Source: Anthoceros angustus (Eukaryota > Plantae > Anthocerotophyta). From it: DNA of 64,000 bases. Under the pieces are notes generated by a model that saw nothing but the letters and a program-made list of their open reading frames with translations, did no database searches and was not told the origin of the DNA. Where the stretch lies: assembly GCA_010909165.1 (NCBI GenBank), contig MU008199.1, positions 645,425-709,424 of the forward strand, in the 5' to 3' direction. Every line of letters starts with the position of its first letter. Position 1 is the first letter of the stretch. The position numbers and the translations under genes are program-made. Positions 38,848-52,656 of the stretch are shown piece after piece.

Positions 38848-41800
38848 CAGCCTACCTGAAGGATGGATGTGGGCAGCAAGCACTTCGTGATGGACATCGT
38901 GCACCCTTTTCCTCTTGGGCCCCCTAGAGCACTTTATGCCCAAATCTCGACATTCCGGAGGAATGATATCAGCATCTTCCTCAGTCACAGCATCATGAGG
39001 AAGATGCTGATGCTGCTTCTCCTCAGCAGGTATATCAACTTTTGCTTGCTCCTGTTCGCCACCCTCCAAGTCCTGCTCGACTAGTTGAAGATGAATAGTT
39101 GTTTCAGTCGGAAGGGGTGTCCTACAGGCTTTAGGAGGGTACAGTGTTTCAGGCTCCTTCTCTGCACTCTTCACATGCTTCACAAAATTAGACCACACAG
39201 ATGTTGTCTTCTGGCTGTCAGGTACCATGTTGATAGCTTCAAGCTTCTTAACGTTCTCCTGCGGGTTACGGCGTCGTTCTCTTCAACTTCTACCAATAGT
39301 GCATCATGGTTACCGCTAAAAGTAACGTCAACGTCAGCATGTATGGCTCATGGCGGGTTTGGGCGGAAGGATCTTCGTGCACTCCTGGATGTATTGCCGG
39401 CCGTGCATTTGATCCCCAACCACCTCCTCTGCGATCTGCAGCTTGTGCATCGATCCACAGCCCCTTCTATAGGAGGCGATAGAGCGCCCCAACGGCCCGG
39501 GACGGTGATCTTGGTCGCTTTTGCCTTCACTGGCGCCCTTCCTCGCCCAAGTCTGAATCGCTCTCCATGATTTTATGAGCTGGTGTGAGCTCATGCCCGT
39601 TCTTCAAATATGGCGCACACTCATCCTTGTGAAATCGGCCTCTTCGTGTCTTCATCCTCTCCGAACATGCGGTGATGCCCTAGCGGCTCGCGTTTTGGTC
39701 CTTCACCCGCTCGGGCGTAGATGGCGTCCCGTTGTCTCCGGCCATCCGACCCTCCCACCCACGGAGGAACTTACCCTTAACTTGCCCACCGCTTTCCCTC
39801 CCTCTTGTTCCATTGCGCGTCCGGAAGCCTTGAGAGGCAAATCAAAGTCCTCCTCCTCCTTTCCCCGGCATCTTGAAGTGAGACTTTGCCACAGCTCTTT
39901 TCACTGCCGCCACTTGCCCGCCCAGGCTCTCCGTGTGTAAGCAATTTCCGCCTTCGAGTTCCGTGAATTACGATTTGGGTCCAGCCTAGTCCGTCCCATG
40001 TGGCCTCCACATCTCCTGCTACTAATGCTGCCGCCAGCGCCGGGTCTCGAAATCGGGCTCCGCTCGCAGTTGAATCTTCCTCGTCGTTTTAGGCATCTAC
40101 GACACAAGGTAGGTGATTCACGGAGCTTTGGAAAGGTCGCTCAGTTAGGCGGAGGAAAAAAGGAGAACATACCTCAACCTTAGCCGGTTTAGACCACGCT
40201 TCGATGTGTCCTCCGCGCGATCTGCGTAGTAAGAATTTCAAAGTAGGGTTGTCACGGTGTGCTTGAAACCTACTGGAGTATAGAACAAGGGAGAAGAGAG
40301 GAATGACAGTCACATGGACTTCGTCTCGTGGCGGTGAACGCAGACAAGTTTCATTTCGGGATGTAACATGGCGGAAACCAACTCAAACTACACAGGGTTT
40401 ATTATCCATTATTTACGGTCCATATATAGGCGTAAGGGTCCTTGGCCTTTGGTACCCAAGTTCACCATCCAACCCAAACTTGGCTTTGAAGCCCAAGGAG
40501 TCGTTATTTGCTTTTTCGAAGTCCAAGGAAAAGTTTTGCAATTTTCATGAGCCAAGGAAACATATTTCATCGCGAGCCTATATATAGGCCATGTAATTCT
40601 GTTTCTTTCACCCTAAGTCCAATCCGAGGCGTGAGTGTCCTTGGATTTTGGTGCCCATGGCAACTTCACCATCCGACCCGACCACGGCTCCGAAGCCCAA
40701 GGAAATGTTATTTGAATTTTCGATGGGTTTTGTTAACCATAGGTTTTGTTAACCATGGTTCGTCAAACCATGGATTCACGAACTCAAAGTCCAAGGAAAC
40801 TCGGTCGACCCTAAAGTGTCCTGTCTCTGACCACTTGAGAGCAAGATCGGCGGGCACTTTCATCGATCGTGTTGCACGCCGATCGGATCAAGCTCGGACG
40901 CCCGCCATGTGGCGTGTAACGCCTGTTTGCATTTGGGTGCACATGGCATGCTGCCATTGGTCACACTTGGACACCATAGGGGCCCCGCGCCCATCCTCGT
41001 CGATGCCGAGCCCAATTCCATGATGTGCGCACACATTATCGGCAAGCGGCGTTTCATGATTCGCAAGTCAAGGATATTTTAACCAAACCCTAACTCAAGT
41101 TTTCCTTGGGCTTGTAACCAAACCCTAACTCATGTTTCCCATGGGTTAAGGTGTACCCTAACCCCTAACCCGAAAGCCAAGGAGACTTGGGTTTCCATGG
41201 CTATATATGCCTCCATGGCGGGATATGTAACTAGGGTTTATGGTTTGGTGAAAGCGAATCTTGTTGACCACTCCAGTTTTGCGCACACCATCCTGGCTCT
41301 CAGTTACCTGTCACTTGTCTAAAGGCACGCGGGCATTTCATCTGTAATGGACATCATTGAATCCACTCAGTTTCTCGCAGCGTGGCAGGCATCCATTGGT
41401 GCCAGATGGGCATAAATGGAGGCATTGCTTGTTTGGCACACTCGACTCCGGCTTCGGATTTGCATGGTTCGTTTGGTCTTCCCACGAAGCCCGAATCCAG
41501 GCCTTCTTATTCTGTCCTAGATTTGCATGAAGCGCGCCTTAAGTTCTTCCTTGCCCTCGCGCCGCAAAGGTGAATTTTGCTCGACGTGCTTCATGGTTCC
41601 TTCGCTCCTCACAGCGGCTTTGAAGCTAGCGAGGGCAAGGAAGAACGGCTTCCCAATGTCTGGAGGAAATGGCGCAATCGGATGGCGGTGGCGGAGTGCC
41701 TAGAGATTTATCGCCGACATGGGAGGCGGGAATCGGAGGCTTCGCGCGACCCACACACGCCGATGAGGATGCGGACGGCGCGCCCCAATCTCTGGGAGGC

Positions 41801-42530
41801 CTTGGATTTCAAGAGGCGGGTAATGGAGATGGGCGATGCTTCATGGAAATTACCTCGAGGCTCCATCGAGGCGCCCGGACCTAGGTTGTGGCTTCCTTGA
41901 TTGGATTGAAGCACAACGACACTTTTGCAAGTCTACTACTGAGCTCAGCGATGTGGAGATGATCGAAGGAGGATTTTCAGCTTGTCCCGTCGCAGCCCCT
42001 TTGTTCTCGTTTCTGGTCGCCTAGCCCAAGCCTTAAGCGATGTACAGGTTACCTCTCGATTTTTCTTTTAGGGTAATAAGGCGTGGTTTATCATCAAAAC
42101 CCATTCTAAATTAGTCTTGTTCTAAACGTGTCTCGTCGTAAAGGGTCTTGTTGTAAACTCTCTGAGTGTAGTAAACTATGGGATGTTGTAAAATACCATT
42201 GGCATGTTGTAAAAGAACCCGTTGTAATGGAGAAAGTCATGTAGTAAATTGATGGCCCGTAGTAAACAAACATGCCATCGTTGTAACATCCATAAGCTCA
42301 TTGTAAATAACAAGTGCCCGTAGTAAAATCCATTTTGTTTTGCCACGTCATTTTGCTTTGGCAAAACAAGCCTAGTAAAGTTGGAATGAGGTTTAGTAAA
42401 TTGTGGCTATACTTGAAAATAATACATGGACTTGAAACGGTGCCTTCAATTGACGTAGTAAAATGGGCTCGTGGTAAAATGCACCCTGTTGTAAAAGCGC
42501 AATTAGTAAAGTATACTTTTCCTAGTAGTC
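35203..42530. mobile_element. CACTA/En-Spm element 1, no Tnp2 recognised (probably non-autonomous)
   Basis: TIR CACTACTAGGAAAA at 35203/37083 and TTTTCCTAGTAGT at 42517-42529. Dense subterminal GTAGTAAA/GTTGTAAA/TTTACTAC repeats at both ends. Degenerate internal ORFs. The 3-bp TSD is not clean. Confidence 0.85.
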
Positions 42531-43282
42531 GGCTCACCCTCTCGGCTCCATGCAAACCTCTCCAGCTCACAGCCTTGAGGTGCCTCTCAGGCCCCTCCCA
42601 TACTCCAAGTTTCCCGATGGCTGTCTTCAACCTCCTTGTTCTCACCTCACCGCCCCATTCAATCTCCACTTTCACAAACATCTGATGCCTCTCCAGTCCT
42701 TACAAGGTTCTCATCCAGACCTCTACAAAGACTTCACCAACCCTCAAAATACTTGTTCGACTACCTCCCGCAATCATTCCGTCTCATCCACTCACGGGTC
42801 CTCAACCTCCGATCCACGGCTTTCTTCTTCAAGAACACAAACATCACTTATAGACTTCTCCTTCTTACTCCTCTCAAACAAATTAATCAGCAATTCTCCA
42901 TGTCCAAAGATTCTCCACTTCTCTCGCCACCTTCGCCCAAACACACAAGCCCATGTGTCTCCAACTCACTTCAACTTCCTCAGCCTCCCTTCTACACACA
43001 GTGCCCCCGCCTGCCTTCCCTCACACACGACCTCCAACACCTCGAAACTCAAACACAAGGTGAGTACTAGACAAATCAAGAGAATGAGTAAGAGAATGGA
43101 CAGCCTCCCCACAACCCCTTCCTCTTGACCTTGGGAACTCCTCCAAGGAGACCACAAGGCTTCCCCCCTTTCTTTCCACCACCCTTGCGGATCGCCACAG
43201 ATCTTGGCAACTTGGTAGTCTTCTTAGCTCCTCCCGTGATGTAGAAACAATGTCTAGACTTACAGATCTGGTACTCCCAAAC

Positions 43283-46200
43283 TGTGGAAATATGATAATG
43301 GTGCAAACCAATTGAGTATTTATCAATTACATTATTGTAGATATGCAAGAAAGCATTAGTAAATTGATTGTAGCAACTAGACTTATTCTAGTAGCCAAGA
43401 GACATGACCTTTGGCCTAGGGACGTAACCCTAATGAAAGGGTAAGCTAAATAAATTAAAGCTATATACACACATACACTAGATAGCTAGATATAATAACT
43501 ATAAGTAATAACTCAACACTCTATCTTCAATACTCCCACTTGTTGATTATTGCATAGTGTCTGCCTCTTCTCCATGAGCACCTTGTGCTGTGAGCTTGAG
43601 CTTGAGTGTGTGTGTGTACGTTTGACAGTGCCATCACCCAACCGCGTAATGGAGCCTCTGTGAAGGCGGCCTGCAGGTGTGCCATAAGCATAATAGCTTG
43701 CCTTTACGTTCCGGTCTTCATTCTTTCACTTTCTAGGCGAGACCAAGCTCCTAGGCAAGATGTCTTCATCTTGAGTCATGGACTGTCCTCACCGCCAGCC
43801 GTGTCTACGGAGGGATGCTCTAGGTAGGTTTGCACCGCTAGAACGATCGCCTCCATCTCCCGATGAGGCAAAGGGAGTAACCACTCGCGTGCCGGTCTGG
43901 CGGGCCCGGGCCGCCCCTAGGGGCAGCAAAGGAACAACGCCGTGCTTGAGGAGCGGCGCCGGCAGCAGTGCAAGTGGAGCAAGAGCCCTGCAGGAAGACC
44001 GAGATGGGAGCTCCACCGCCTCGCCCCAGCTGTAAAGTGCTTATTTTCTCGAGCTTGTTGATGCCCTTGGTCGAGAAGGGTGAGTTCAAGTATGCATCTG
44101 GCGAGCCACATCCTCCTGCACCACCCAAGTTCCCGAGCCTAAGAACGAGTCGTCGGAGACAAAATTGTTACCCTCGGTTGTGCTCGGTTGTGCTTATAGT
44201 GTGCTTGGTCACAGTCAAGATGGTGAGAGTCCGTGTCCAGGCTCTGGGCTTTGATGACCACATCATAAGCTTCTATAGTAAGTATTACTCTTCTGTTTGG
44301 GCGTAATCCTTTACGCCACATTTAGTTTGCCAATTTTCCTAAACCCCTGCAGTCTCGCCAAGATGAATTCACTACCTTTTCCTATCAGCTCCCACTCGCC
44401 CCTCGGGATCCGAGGAACGCGACGAGGAGGAGGCCGGGCACCAAGGAGAGGATCTCCTACGAGGAGAGAAGAGAAGAAACTCCCTCGTTCGGTGGTGAGA
44501 CATTCTCTACTTCATCGGACTATGCATCTTGGGAGAAGATTTGAGACTCCTCTACGTGAGTAGGAGGTCCCTTTACAGAGTCTCTCTCCAAGCTATGATG
44601 ATCCCGATGGCCCGTAATGATTGGGGCTGTTCCTAGCTCATAGGCTAGGTTAGGATTGGTTTTGCTTGGCCTCTGGGTAGCCCTCGTGGCTGCCCATGCC
44701 CAAACTTTTCATGTGCTGTGTGTGCGTCCCTACTCGGCTTTTGTGAACAAATCGCTGGATTGTCTGTTGGTACATACTCCGATTGTCGACTGATTTGATA
44801 AGATCCCTAATGAAGTGGTATTCCACTTCCACGTGCTTGTCGGGAGTGAAAAGGGTTCTTGGCCAGTTCATGGATCCTTGGTTGTCGGTTCTAATAGTGG
44901 TGCAAGTAGGGAGTGGCAATCCCAGCTCCTTAAACATTAGCTTGCACCAAGCTATTTCTTTAGCGCAGATGTGAGGACCCGATATTCATTGATCGGAAGT
45001 TGCTGCTGTTGGTTGCTTCTTGCTTGACCAGCATATGGGCCCTCCCACCATGACAACGTGCCGGAACCGACCTCCGTGTATCTATGTCACCATAATCGAG
45101 TCGATATATTCTCAAGTGGTGTGCGGTGTATGTGCGAATCGAATCCCAATGTTGGATGTTCCTTCAGATACCTAACCACCCTCTTAACACCAGTCGGCGT
45201 TTGACCGGGTTCTCGAGGTATTGCGAGAGCACACTTGTGGTGTAGGCTACATCGTCGTGTAGTGTTGGCGGCATAGATAAGTTTGCCAACTCCCTTTTTA
45301 GGGGACCGACCTCATGTCTTCTATGTCCTTTTTGGTTTGGGACACATGGACTTGCTAAATTTCATCCGGATGGCGTTAGTCGCTGGTTGCATCCTTCAAA
45401 GGTACACATTCTAACGATCGGTATGTGAGAGATATAGATCTGTTTTCTATCCTCCTCGAATAAGGATTCCAGCTCAAGTGCTCCAAGGTTAGTCATTTCA
45501 AACTTGGTAGATAGCAGCTTGTTAACTTTGGTGATGAATGTGGGCTATTGCAGGATAGAATCAAATCATCAACATACACTGCGAGATAGCACACAACGTC
45601 ACGGATCTGTAAACATACGTCTCAAAACACATTTCACGAATCCAAGTGCACGCAGTTCTTCATCCAGGACAGCATTCCACTCTAATGCTGATTGCTTCAG
45701 GCCATAGAGGGTTTTTATTAGGCGCAAGACATGATCTTCCTTGCCTGTTACTTCGTATCCTGAGGGCTGCTGCATGTAGATTTCGGTGTCCAACTTGCCA
45801 TGTAAAATGCGGTCTTTACATCAAACATGTCTAACTCGTAGTCTTGATGTGCTGCCAGGGCACAGATTGTGCGAAAGGTGGCCAGCTTCATCACAGGAGC
45901 ATATGTTTCGAAGTAATCGAGACCAGGCACTTGCGAAAAGCCACGAGCTACAAGTCGTGCTTTGTACCTATCAAAACTTCCATCAGCCTTTACCTTGATT
46001 TGAAGACCCACTTGCAAGACACCACCTTACGTCCGAGGTAACTTAGCTAGTTCCATGTTCCATTTTGATCGAATCATATTCTAATTGAATTGCCTTTTCC
46101 ACTCTGCGGTCGGCTAAGAGCTTCTTTAGGATTGAGGTTCGATAGGATCCAGTAGTGCATTAGCTGTTGGTTTTCTAAAGTCACTGGGTGATAACTGGTG

Positions 46201-49200
46201 CCCGCTTCTCTTGCGGATAACGGCTCGGTTGTGGTGGAGCGAGCAAGGGTTGAATCTCAGTTCAACCTCGCATCAAGAAGATGAGCATCTTGACCTCATC
46301 CTCGTCAATGTCCGGATCGGTCCGTGGATCGGTAAAAGGTCACCGTTCAGTTACGCAATCGGAGGTTCTCGCAAATGTTCAACAAAATTTTCTGGTTCAT
46401 CTCCTTGCTCCTGAGCATCATTTTGCTGTTGTTCTTCCCCCCCTGCAGGAGCAATCTCCGCAAGAGCAGAATCATCGAAAACAGTGACGTCAGGCAAGGT
46501 AGAAAGATCAAAGTCCTCCTGTGTGGGAGTAGCTCCCACTTGCTGCCAAGTTCGACCTTCATCAAAGGTCACGCTCCGTGCATAGACCACCTTGTTAAGG
46601 TCGTCATACACTTATAAGCTTTTATACCTTGATGTATCCTATCATGAGGTACTTCTTGGCCTTAGCTAACTTGGTTCTCTTGGCCTTAGGGATGAAAGCA
46701 AAAGCGATGCATCCGAAAGTGCGAAGATGTTGGATAGTCGCTTGCCCCAAAGCTTCAAAGGGGTCTCCAATCACGGCGGTTGTAGGCGATGCATACGTAG
46801 ACACATGTCATAAGGGCTTCCATGGGATAGTGGCAAAGAGGCTTGGTGAAGCATAGGAGACCATCTCCTGCGGTGTCAAGTTCAAGCGCTCGGCCATTAC
46901 ATTGCGGCGTATACACAAGCGTAAGTTGTCGCCTATCCCTTCGTCCTTGCGGTGAGTGGAATTCATTAGATGTGAATTCTCCACCATTGTCTCGAGCGTA
47001 GGACTTTCAGATTTTCCGTCCATCTCTGCAAGTTTCATGTAGTCTTTGAACAGAAGCATTCACTTTTAGCTTTCAAGATGTAAGCCATGACAAATCTCGT
47101 CTTGTAAAATGCAGAGGAAGTATCGGCCACCACCGATTGAGGGCTGCGAGAGTGGCCCACATATGTCGATGTGCACAAGTTCAAGCACTTAAGCTCGTGA
47201 GGAGTCTTGTTCTTGAAGGCTGATGACGTTTGGACAGCACGCTTCACACGAGAGGTAAGGATGGCAACCGCCAATTTTACCATCAGCAGTCACTAGCTAG
47301 TTTTTGCAACTTTTGTGAGGGTGACCTAAGCGTGCATGCCATAACCTAGCTTGTTCTTCTTGCTTTACTGTCTCAGCGACCTTGAAGCTAGGCTAGCCTT
47401 GGCATGATGGTGTGAGTGCGATCTAAAGAGATCATGGTCGGATGATCCATAGGCTAGGATTTTGCGATGATCAAAAGCATCTATAATATCCACATTCGGA
47501 GTGAAGAGGATGTGACTTTGATTATCCATGTTCAACCTTCTAACAATCAAGTTTCTTGTCATTTCGGGCACATGATACATACATGGCAAGAGTGTGATGC
47601 CGAAGGACAGTAGCTGCAACACGCACGCAAGCCTACTATCGTCACCTAGGTAAACAAATCATTGTGAACTAACTGTGACGAATGAACTGTCGAAAGCAGA
47701 TGTGCGTTGCACTGTATCAAGGAACCACTCTGTATGGGTTTGCCTTGAGTATTTGCGACAAGCATGTGGGGTTAGCAAGAGGGTAGGAAAACTCCGGTCC
47801 CTACATGAGGCTGCGGTGCCTTGTTTAGTCACCACAACATGTGTCCGAGAAGTGGAGTTGCCCTCCTTGCGAGGTACTCGGGCTGCTTCTTTTTTCGACT
47901 CTCCCAATGGCCTGAATTTGGCACCGTGGCACTTTCCAGCCTTCTTGGGCTTCTTGGTGTAGAGGCTCCTTGCGAGCTACTAGCACCGAGGTATTTTGTC
48001 TACCTCAGTTGGGCTTCTTGCCCTTTCCTTTGTTGTTAGTGTACAAAGCTTGCTGCAGACGCGTTTGAATTGTCCTCTTGTGACTTCTTCAGAAGAGCTC
48101 CCACTAATTCGCAAATGTTGTTTTGGGAGATCAACACCGCACTGGGCAATCTTCCGCCCTTGTAGTTGCGAGGTGTTGAATGAGGTCACGAAATGTGCCC
48201 AAGATTCGTGGAGTGACATCATGAAATGCAGAATGAGAGCCTGGTCCTTCACACTATCCTGTGCAGCACTTTCAAACTTGGAGATTAGGGATCTGAAGGT
48301 AGTCAGGTGTTTTTCAATGGATTCTCCTTCTTTCATCTTCAAGTTTTGTATGTTGCGAAGTGCTGTCATTTGACTTGTGTCATCAGTTCCAGCAAATAGA
48401 CTTTGGAGCCGCGTCCAAATATCGGCTGAGGTTTTGCAACCAGAGGTCTGTCTCAACATGTCAGTCGACAGACCACTCCGTAGGAGGAACTGTGCAGCTT
48501 CATCCTTTGTGGTCCAAGCATCAAGTGCCTTCTGTTCAGCAGCTGAGGGGGTGCCACTGATTACAGGAGCCTTTGACGTCCCATGAACCCAAGGCCACAA
48601 CTGCTTGTTTTGAAGGGCACCACGCATTCTAAGTACCCAGATGTCATAATCTGCCCCCGCGAATCTATCCTTCTCTTTGAATCCCTCCCGGCTAAATTAG
48701 AGTCACCCATGTTTAGGGGCCTGTTAGTCCCCTCACGTGAGGATTTTATGGATGAATTTCTAATGCACACCGGTGCAGCTAATGTGTGAGGATTCGAGAG
48801 AAGAGTTATGATGCTACACGTGCATCAGGATGCTGCAATGTTTCTGGTAAGATGGGTTCGACGTTGGTCCACTCAAATTGACCAACTCCTATCTACCTTT
48901 TCCCTAATGTTGTGTTTCCTAATCTCCCGATTAAAGGAATAGGTCATGCAGATGGACACGAGTTTGGATTCTCAAATTTGTGATGCTTGTTAGTTTTGTA
49001 GCATGCTTACAAAGTCCCTCCGATTGCGAGGTTAGCAAGAAGAGCAGCCTCAACAAAGCAAGCAATTTGAAATCCAAGTGACCAATCGATCCAAAGAACG
49101 ATTGTAAGTCCTCGAAGCAAGCAAGCTTTACTTATGTTTTCAAAACGTCTCTACATGTCATTGTTGTGATTCTAGTCTAGAACTTAAATGTGTGATCTTT

Positions 49201-49989
49201 GGTATGTGGTGGCGCGTTTGTGGTTAGGAAACCCGAGGATTGCTGTTACCAACAATGGCGGTTGCACATTTGGGAGATTGTGTGAGTCCTCGTGGAGGCG
49301 GGCGATGGTGAAGATCGTGAGAGTTCTTCTCACCGCTTCTCTTGCGCACCATGTTGTATTTGGCGATTGCCATCCAGCCGCATCTGCGTCCGAGGATCGG
49401 CCATTCATTTGGCGAATTCTTGTGTTTTGGAAAATTCCAAGAAACATATTGTAATTTTATATGATTTTATAAAGATATTTGCCACTTGGCGATCGTTCTA
49501 GTGTCGATGACATTGCTTTGCAACAATGGCGATGATGCGCTAGAACGGCTCCTAGAAATGCAAAATTTCTATTAACAAATCAAGCAAAAATAGCTACAAA
49601 AGGTTTCTCAAACATTTTCTTGATTTCTTATTAGAAACTAATTTCTAATCAAGAAACAAACACAAAGAACATTTTATGCACATCAACATGTGCACAATTT
49701 AATGTGCATTCTTGTGAATGCAATGCACCTAGCATTGCTCGATACCATTACGAAATATGGAAATGGTGCAAACCAATTGAGTCAATTACATTATTGTAGA
49801 TACAAGAAAGCATTAGTAAATTGATTGTAGCAACTAGACTTATTCTAGTAGCCAAGAGACATGACCTTTGGCCTAGGGACGTAACCCTAATGAAAGGGTA
49901 AGCTAAATAAATTCAAGCTATATACACACATACACTAGATAGCTAGATATAATAACTATAAGTAATAACTCAACACTCTATCTTCAATA
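43283..49989 (-). mobile_element. Full-length Ty1/copia LTR retrotransposon 2, 5-bp TSD CAAAC, non-canonical TA LTR start
   Basis: LTRs 43283-43532 and 49748-49989. TSD at 43278-43282 and 49990-49994, PPT at 43533-43541, PBS at 49737-49747. Domains: gag (47980-48627), WHARLGH, HLRTFGC, YKARLVARGFSQVPGLDY, FDVKTAF, LYGLKQS and KHVEVEYHFIRD. Confidence 0.93.
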
Positions 49990-49994
49990 CAAAC

Positions 49995-52650
49995 CCCCGT
50001 GCTCAGCCCCAAACACCGAGACCTTAGGCCAACATTGCTTACATTTCATCAAGAGGCCGCCTTATACCCAAGATCACCAAAAAGTAGCTTGGCGCCAAAA
50101 ATACCAATCGGCCTTAGCCTACCAATCCTAGAGGCCTATCTCTTAATCATCCACTATGAGGGAGGATAAGATTTTATACCATAACACATGGGCCTTTAGC
50201 TATTTCTGTGGCCACTTACCCCTATTACCTCTCGGGCCTCCTAGGCCTCCTAGCCCCATGTTCTCCTCTTGCCTCTCCTCTCTTGGTTGGGCAATCTCCC
50301 AAAAATCTCCACCTCGTAGCTGGACTCCTCTCTTGTAAGACAGCCATCCTCCTGAGCTCGGGATCCAGAGCCTCCAAGTTTCCATAGGTAGGATCCAAGT
50401 AAGGCATGGATCAAGTCCTCCATGTGCCCACAACAACATAAACTTTCAGAGACAATCTTCTCCAGCCAAGGAGAATCTGGGCACATGGTTATCTTGATAA
50501 GCATCCTCAATCTAATGCACCATTGGGAAGTTAGACTTCTTAGGCGGTGCTTACCCGCCCCCGGCCTGCTTGTCCTCCTCTTGTTGCCCCTTCTTCCTTG
50601 TTGTAGCTCGGTCTTGGAGCTGTTGTTGCTCCCCAGTGGAGTTGTTGCTTCCTTAGCAACGGCTTCTTTGCTTGCTTAGCAACCTCCTCGGTGCTAACTC
50701 GAATGATTCTTCCATGGAGGCTCCGCATCTTCCACGGTGGCTCTCCTTGCAATCCCGGCCCTCTTGGCCTCTTCCATTTTCCTTGCCTCGTCCTCTCCTT
50801 GTAGCGCCCGAGGCATCCGAGGCTGAACTTGCATCCGAGATGACATTCTGCAGCCTCCTATGGTGCTTGCGTCCGAGAGCTGAACCATGAGGGTTTCGGT
50901 CCTTGGTCTTCCGCAACTCCTCTCGGATCTTCCCTATTTCCACTTCCAAGCTACCTAGGCGTCCCTCCAAGACCTCCTTCTCCTTCTTCATCTCCTGGAG
51001 CTCCTTTACCGCCTCCTGTTGTTCCCCACCGCCTGTAGAACAAGAGAGGACCAGAGCTATCTGGTCCTCCATCTCACCCCTAGTGCGTGCAGCCGAGACC
51101 ACTCTAGGGTGATGTTAGGCCCCAAACCTCAGGGATGGGTTCCCTCCTTCCTATCTGTCGAATCGACTCCCCCGCCACCACTTCCGGTATACTTGAGGGT
51201 CACCTTGAGCAGTAGTGACTTTCGGATCGCCTCGGCCGTGCCCAAGGGGTTGGGCCTCCTGACTGTGGTTTCCCCGCCACGGCCCTCTGGAAGTGCTGCC
51301 TCGGCCTTTCCTTTGTCCCGCTTACATCCCGTGAGTTCCCGGCGTGCTCTTGTGGCTCTAGGAGTGGTTGGAGTCCCCTGTTGCTCCCCGACCTCTTGGT
51401 GCTGTCTTAGCAACTCCAGTTGCTTTGTTAGCAACCGCGGCTACCTTAGCAACCGCCACATTCCTCTTCATGGACACTTGGACTTCTCATTCACTCCGCA
51501 CGGAGATGGCCTCTTCCTCCGACTCCTCTTTGGGCTTCCTTCTTTCAAACACCGGCCTCCGGCATGGAAGGTGAGACCATCTCTATCCCTCCAAAGAACT
51601 TGGCATGGTCAAAACGTGGATTAAGAAGGGAGATAGAGCTGAGGGCTGGTGATGGTAGGGTCAAGTGGTCCCTCTCCTCACCTTGTGTCATAGAACATCC
51701 TGGCCCAATCTATCTTGGACCCTCTCACCACCTCATAGAAAGACAAGAAAATGGTCGACAATGTGCTCTAGCTTCTTAGTGTGAGAGCGGGATCACTGGC
51801 TAATCCGGCCAGCTCGGTCTACTTGTTGGTGACCCAGCCATTCTCCACCCTAGACAATGTGGGAGCAATGGCGACTCCTCCGACTTTTGAGATGGCTTCT
51901 GAAAGGATCAATGATTATTCCACATTCCTCTTGGCCTCTCATGACTGGAACAATGAATATTCCAGTGCGGGGTTGGTTCTCGTGTTGCCTTCCCTGGCCT
52001 TCTCCCTCATGTACTGCACACTCCCAAACCAGCAGGCTGTAGCACCACTTTTGTCCATGAAGGACGGTGATGTAGCCACCAAGAACCCCGCCTTCACTCC
52101 GATTGCCCCATGTTGGGCCATTGGGCGATAATGGCCTCATGGCCACCGGAGTGTCTTCTTAGGCCATGCTTCACGACTGTGGCTCGAGTTTACAGAAGAG
52201 TCCCGGCTATCGCGATGCACCACCACTGGCACCACTTCACCACAAGCCTTACTGTCCTCTTGTTGGAGTATCGGCCTCTCGGGCCGACTTCATCAATTTC
52301 CGCTCGCCACCTGGTGGAGAATCTCCCTATGGAGTAACTGCTGCTCGGCTTCTCGTACCCAACCCCACGGTGGCAGGAGTGCCCTGGAATCCTGCAATTT
52401 CACTCATTCATCAAAGTTAACTCGTGGTCTTGCCCGTCGGCTTGGCACCCCTCTGTCCTTACAACTTGGAAAGCACGTCAGATCTCCCTCAAGTCCTGAA
52501 TTTGTTCAACCTGCAGTCATAATCTCCCAGTCTGTTTTTTTATGTCCGACTTGACACCGGCACCACACAGAATTGGGACCTGTTTCTAATCCTCGACATC
52601 AACATGCACGCCTCTCCGCTCGGGCCCAGGTTTACGCCTTCGGCCTACCT
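49995..52650 (-). mobile_element. Unidentified degenerate coding element (host of CACTA 1 and copia 2); other pieces at ~34880-35202 and 42531-43282
   Basis: The copia 2 TSD joins 43282 to 49995. Coiled-coil-like minus-strand ORF at 50653-51102. Shared GCTACCTTAGC/CTTAGCAAC (VAK) repeats at 34920-34980, 50650-50685 and 51405-51455. Confidence 0.35.
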
Positions 52651-52656
52651 CAGTTG

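Noticed and set aside
41080-41172. Interstitial telomere
   Set aside because: Only scattered AAACCCTAA/ACCCTAA units, with no tandem array.
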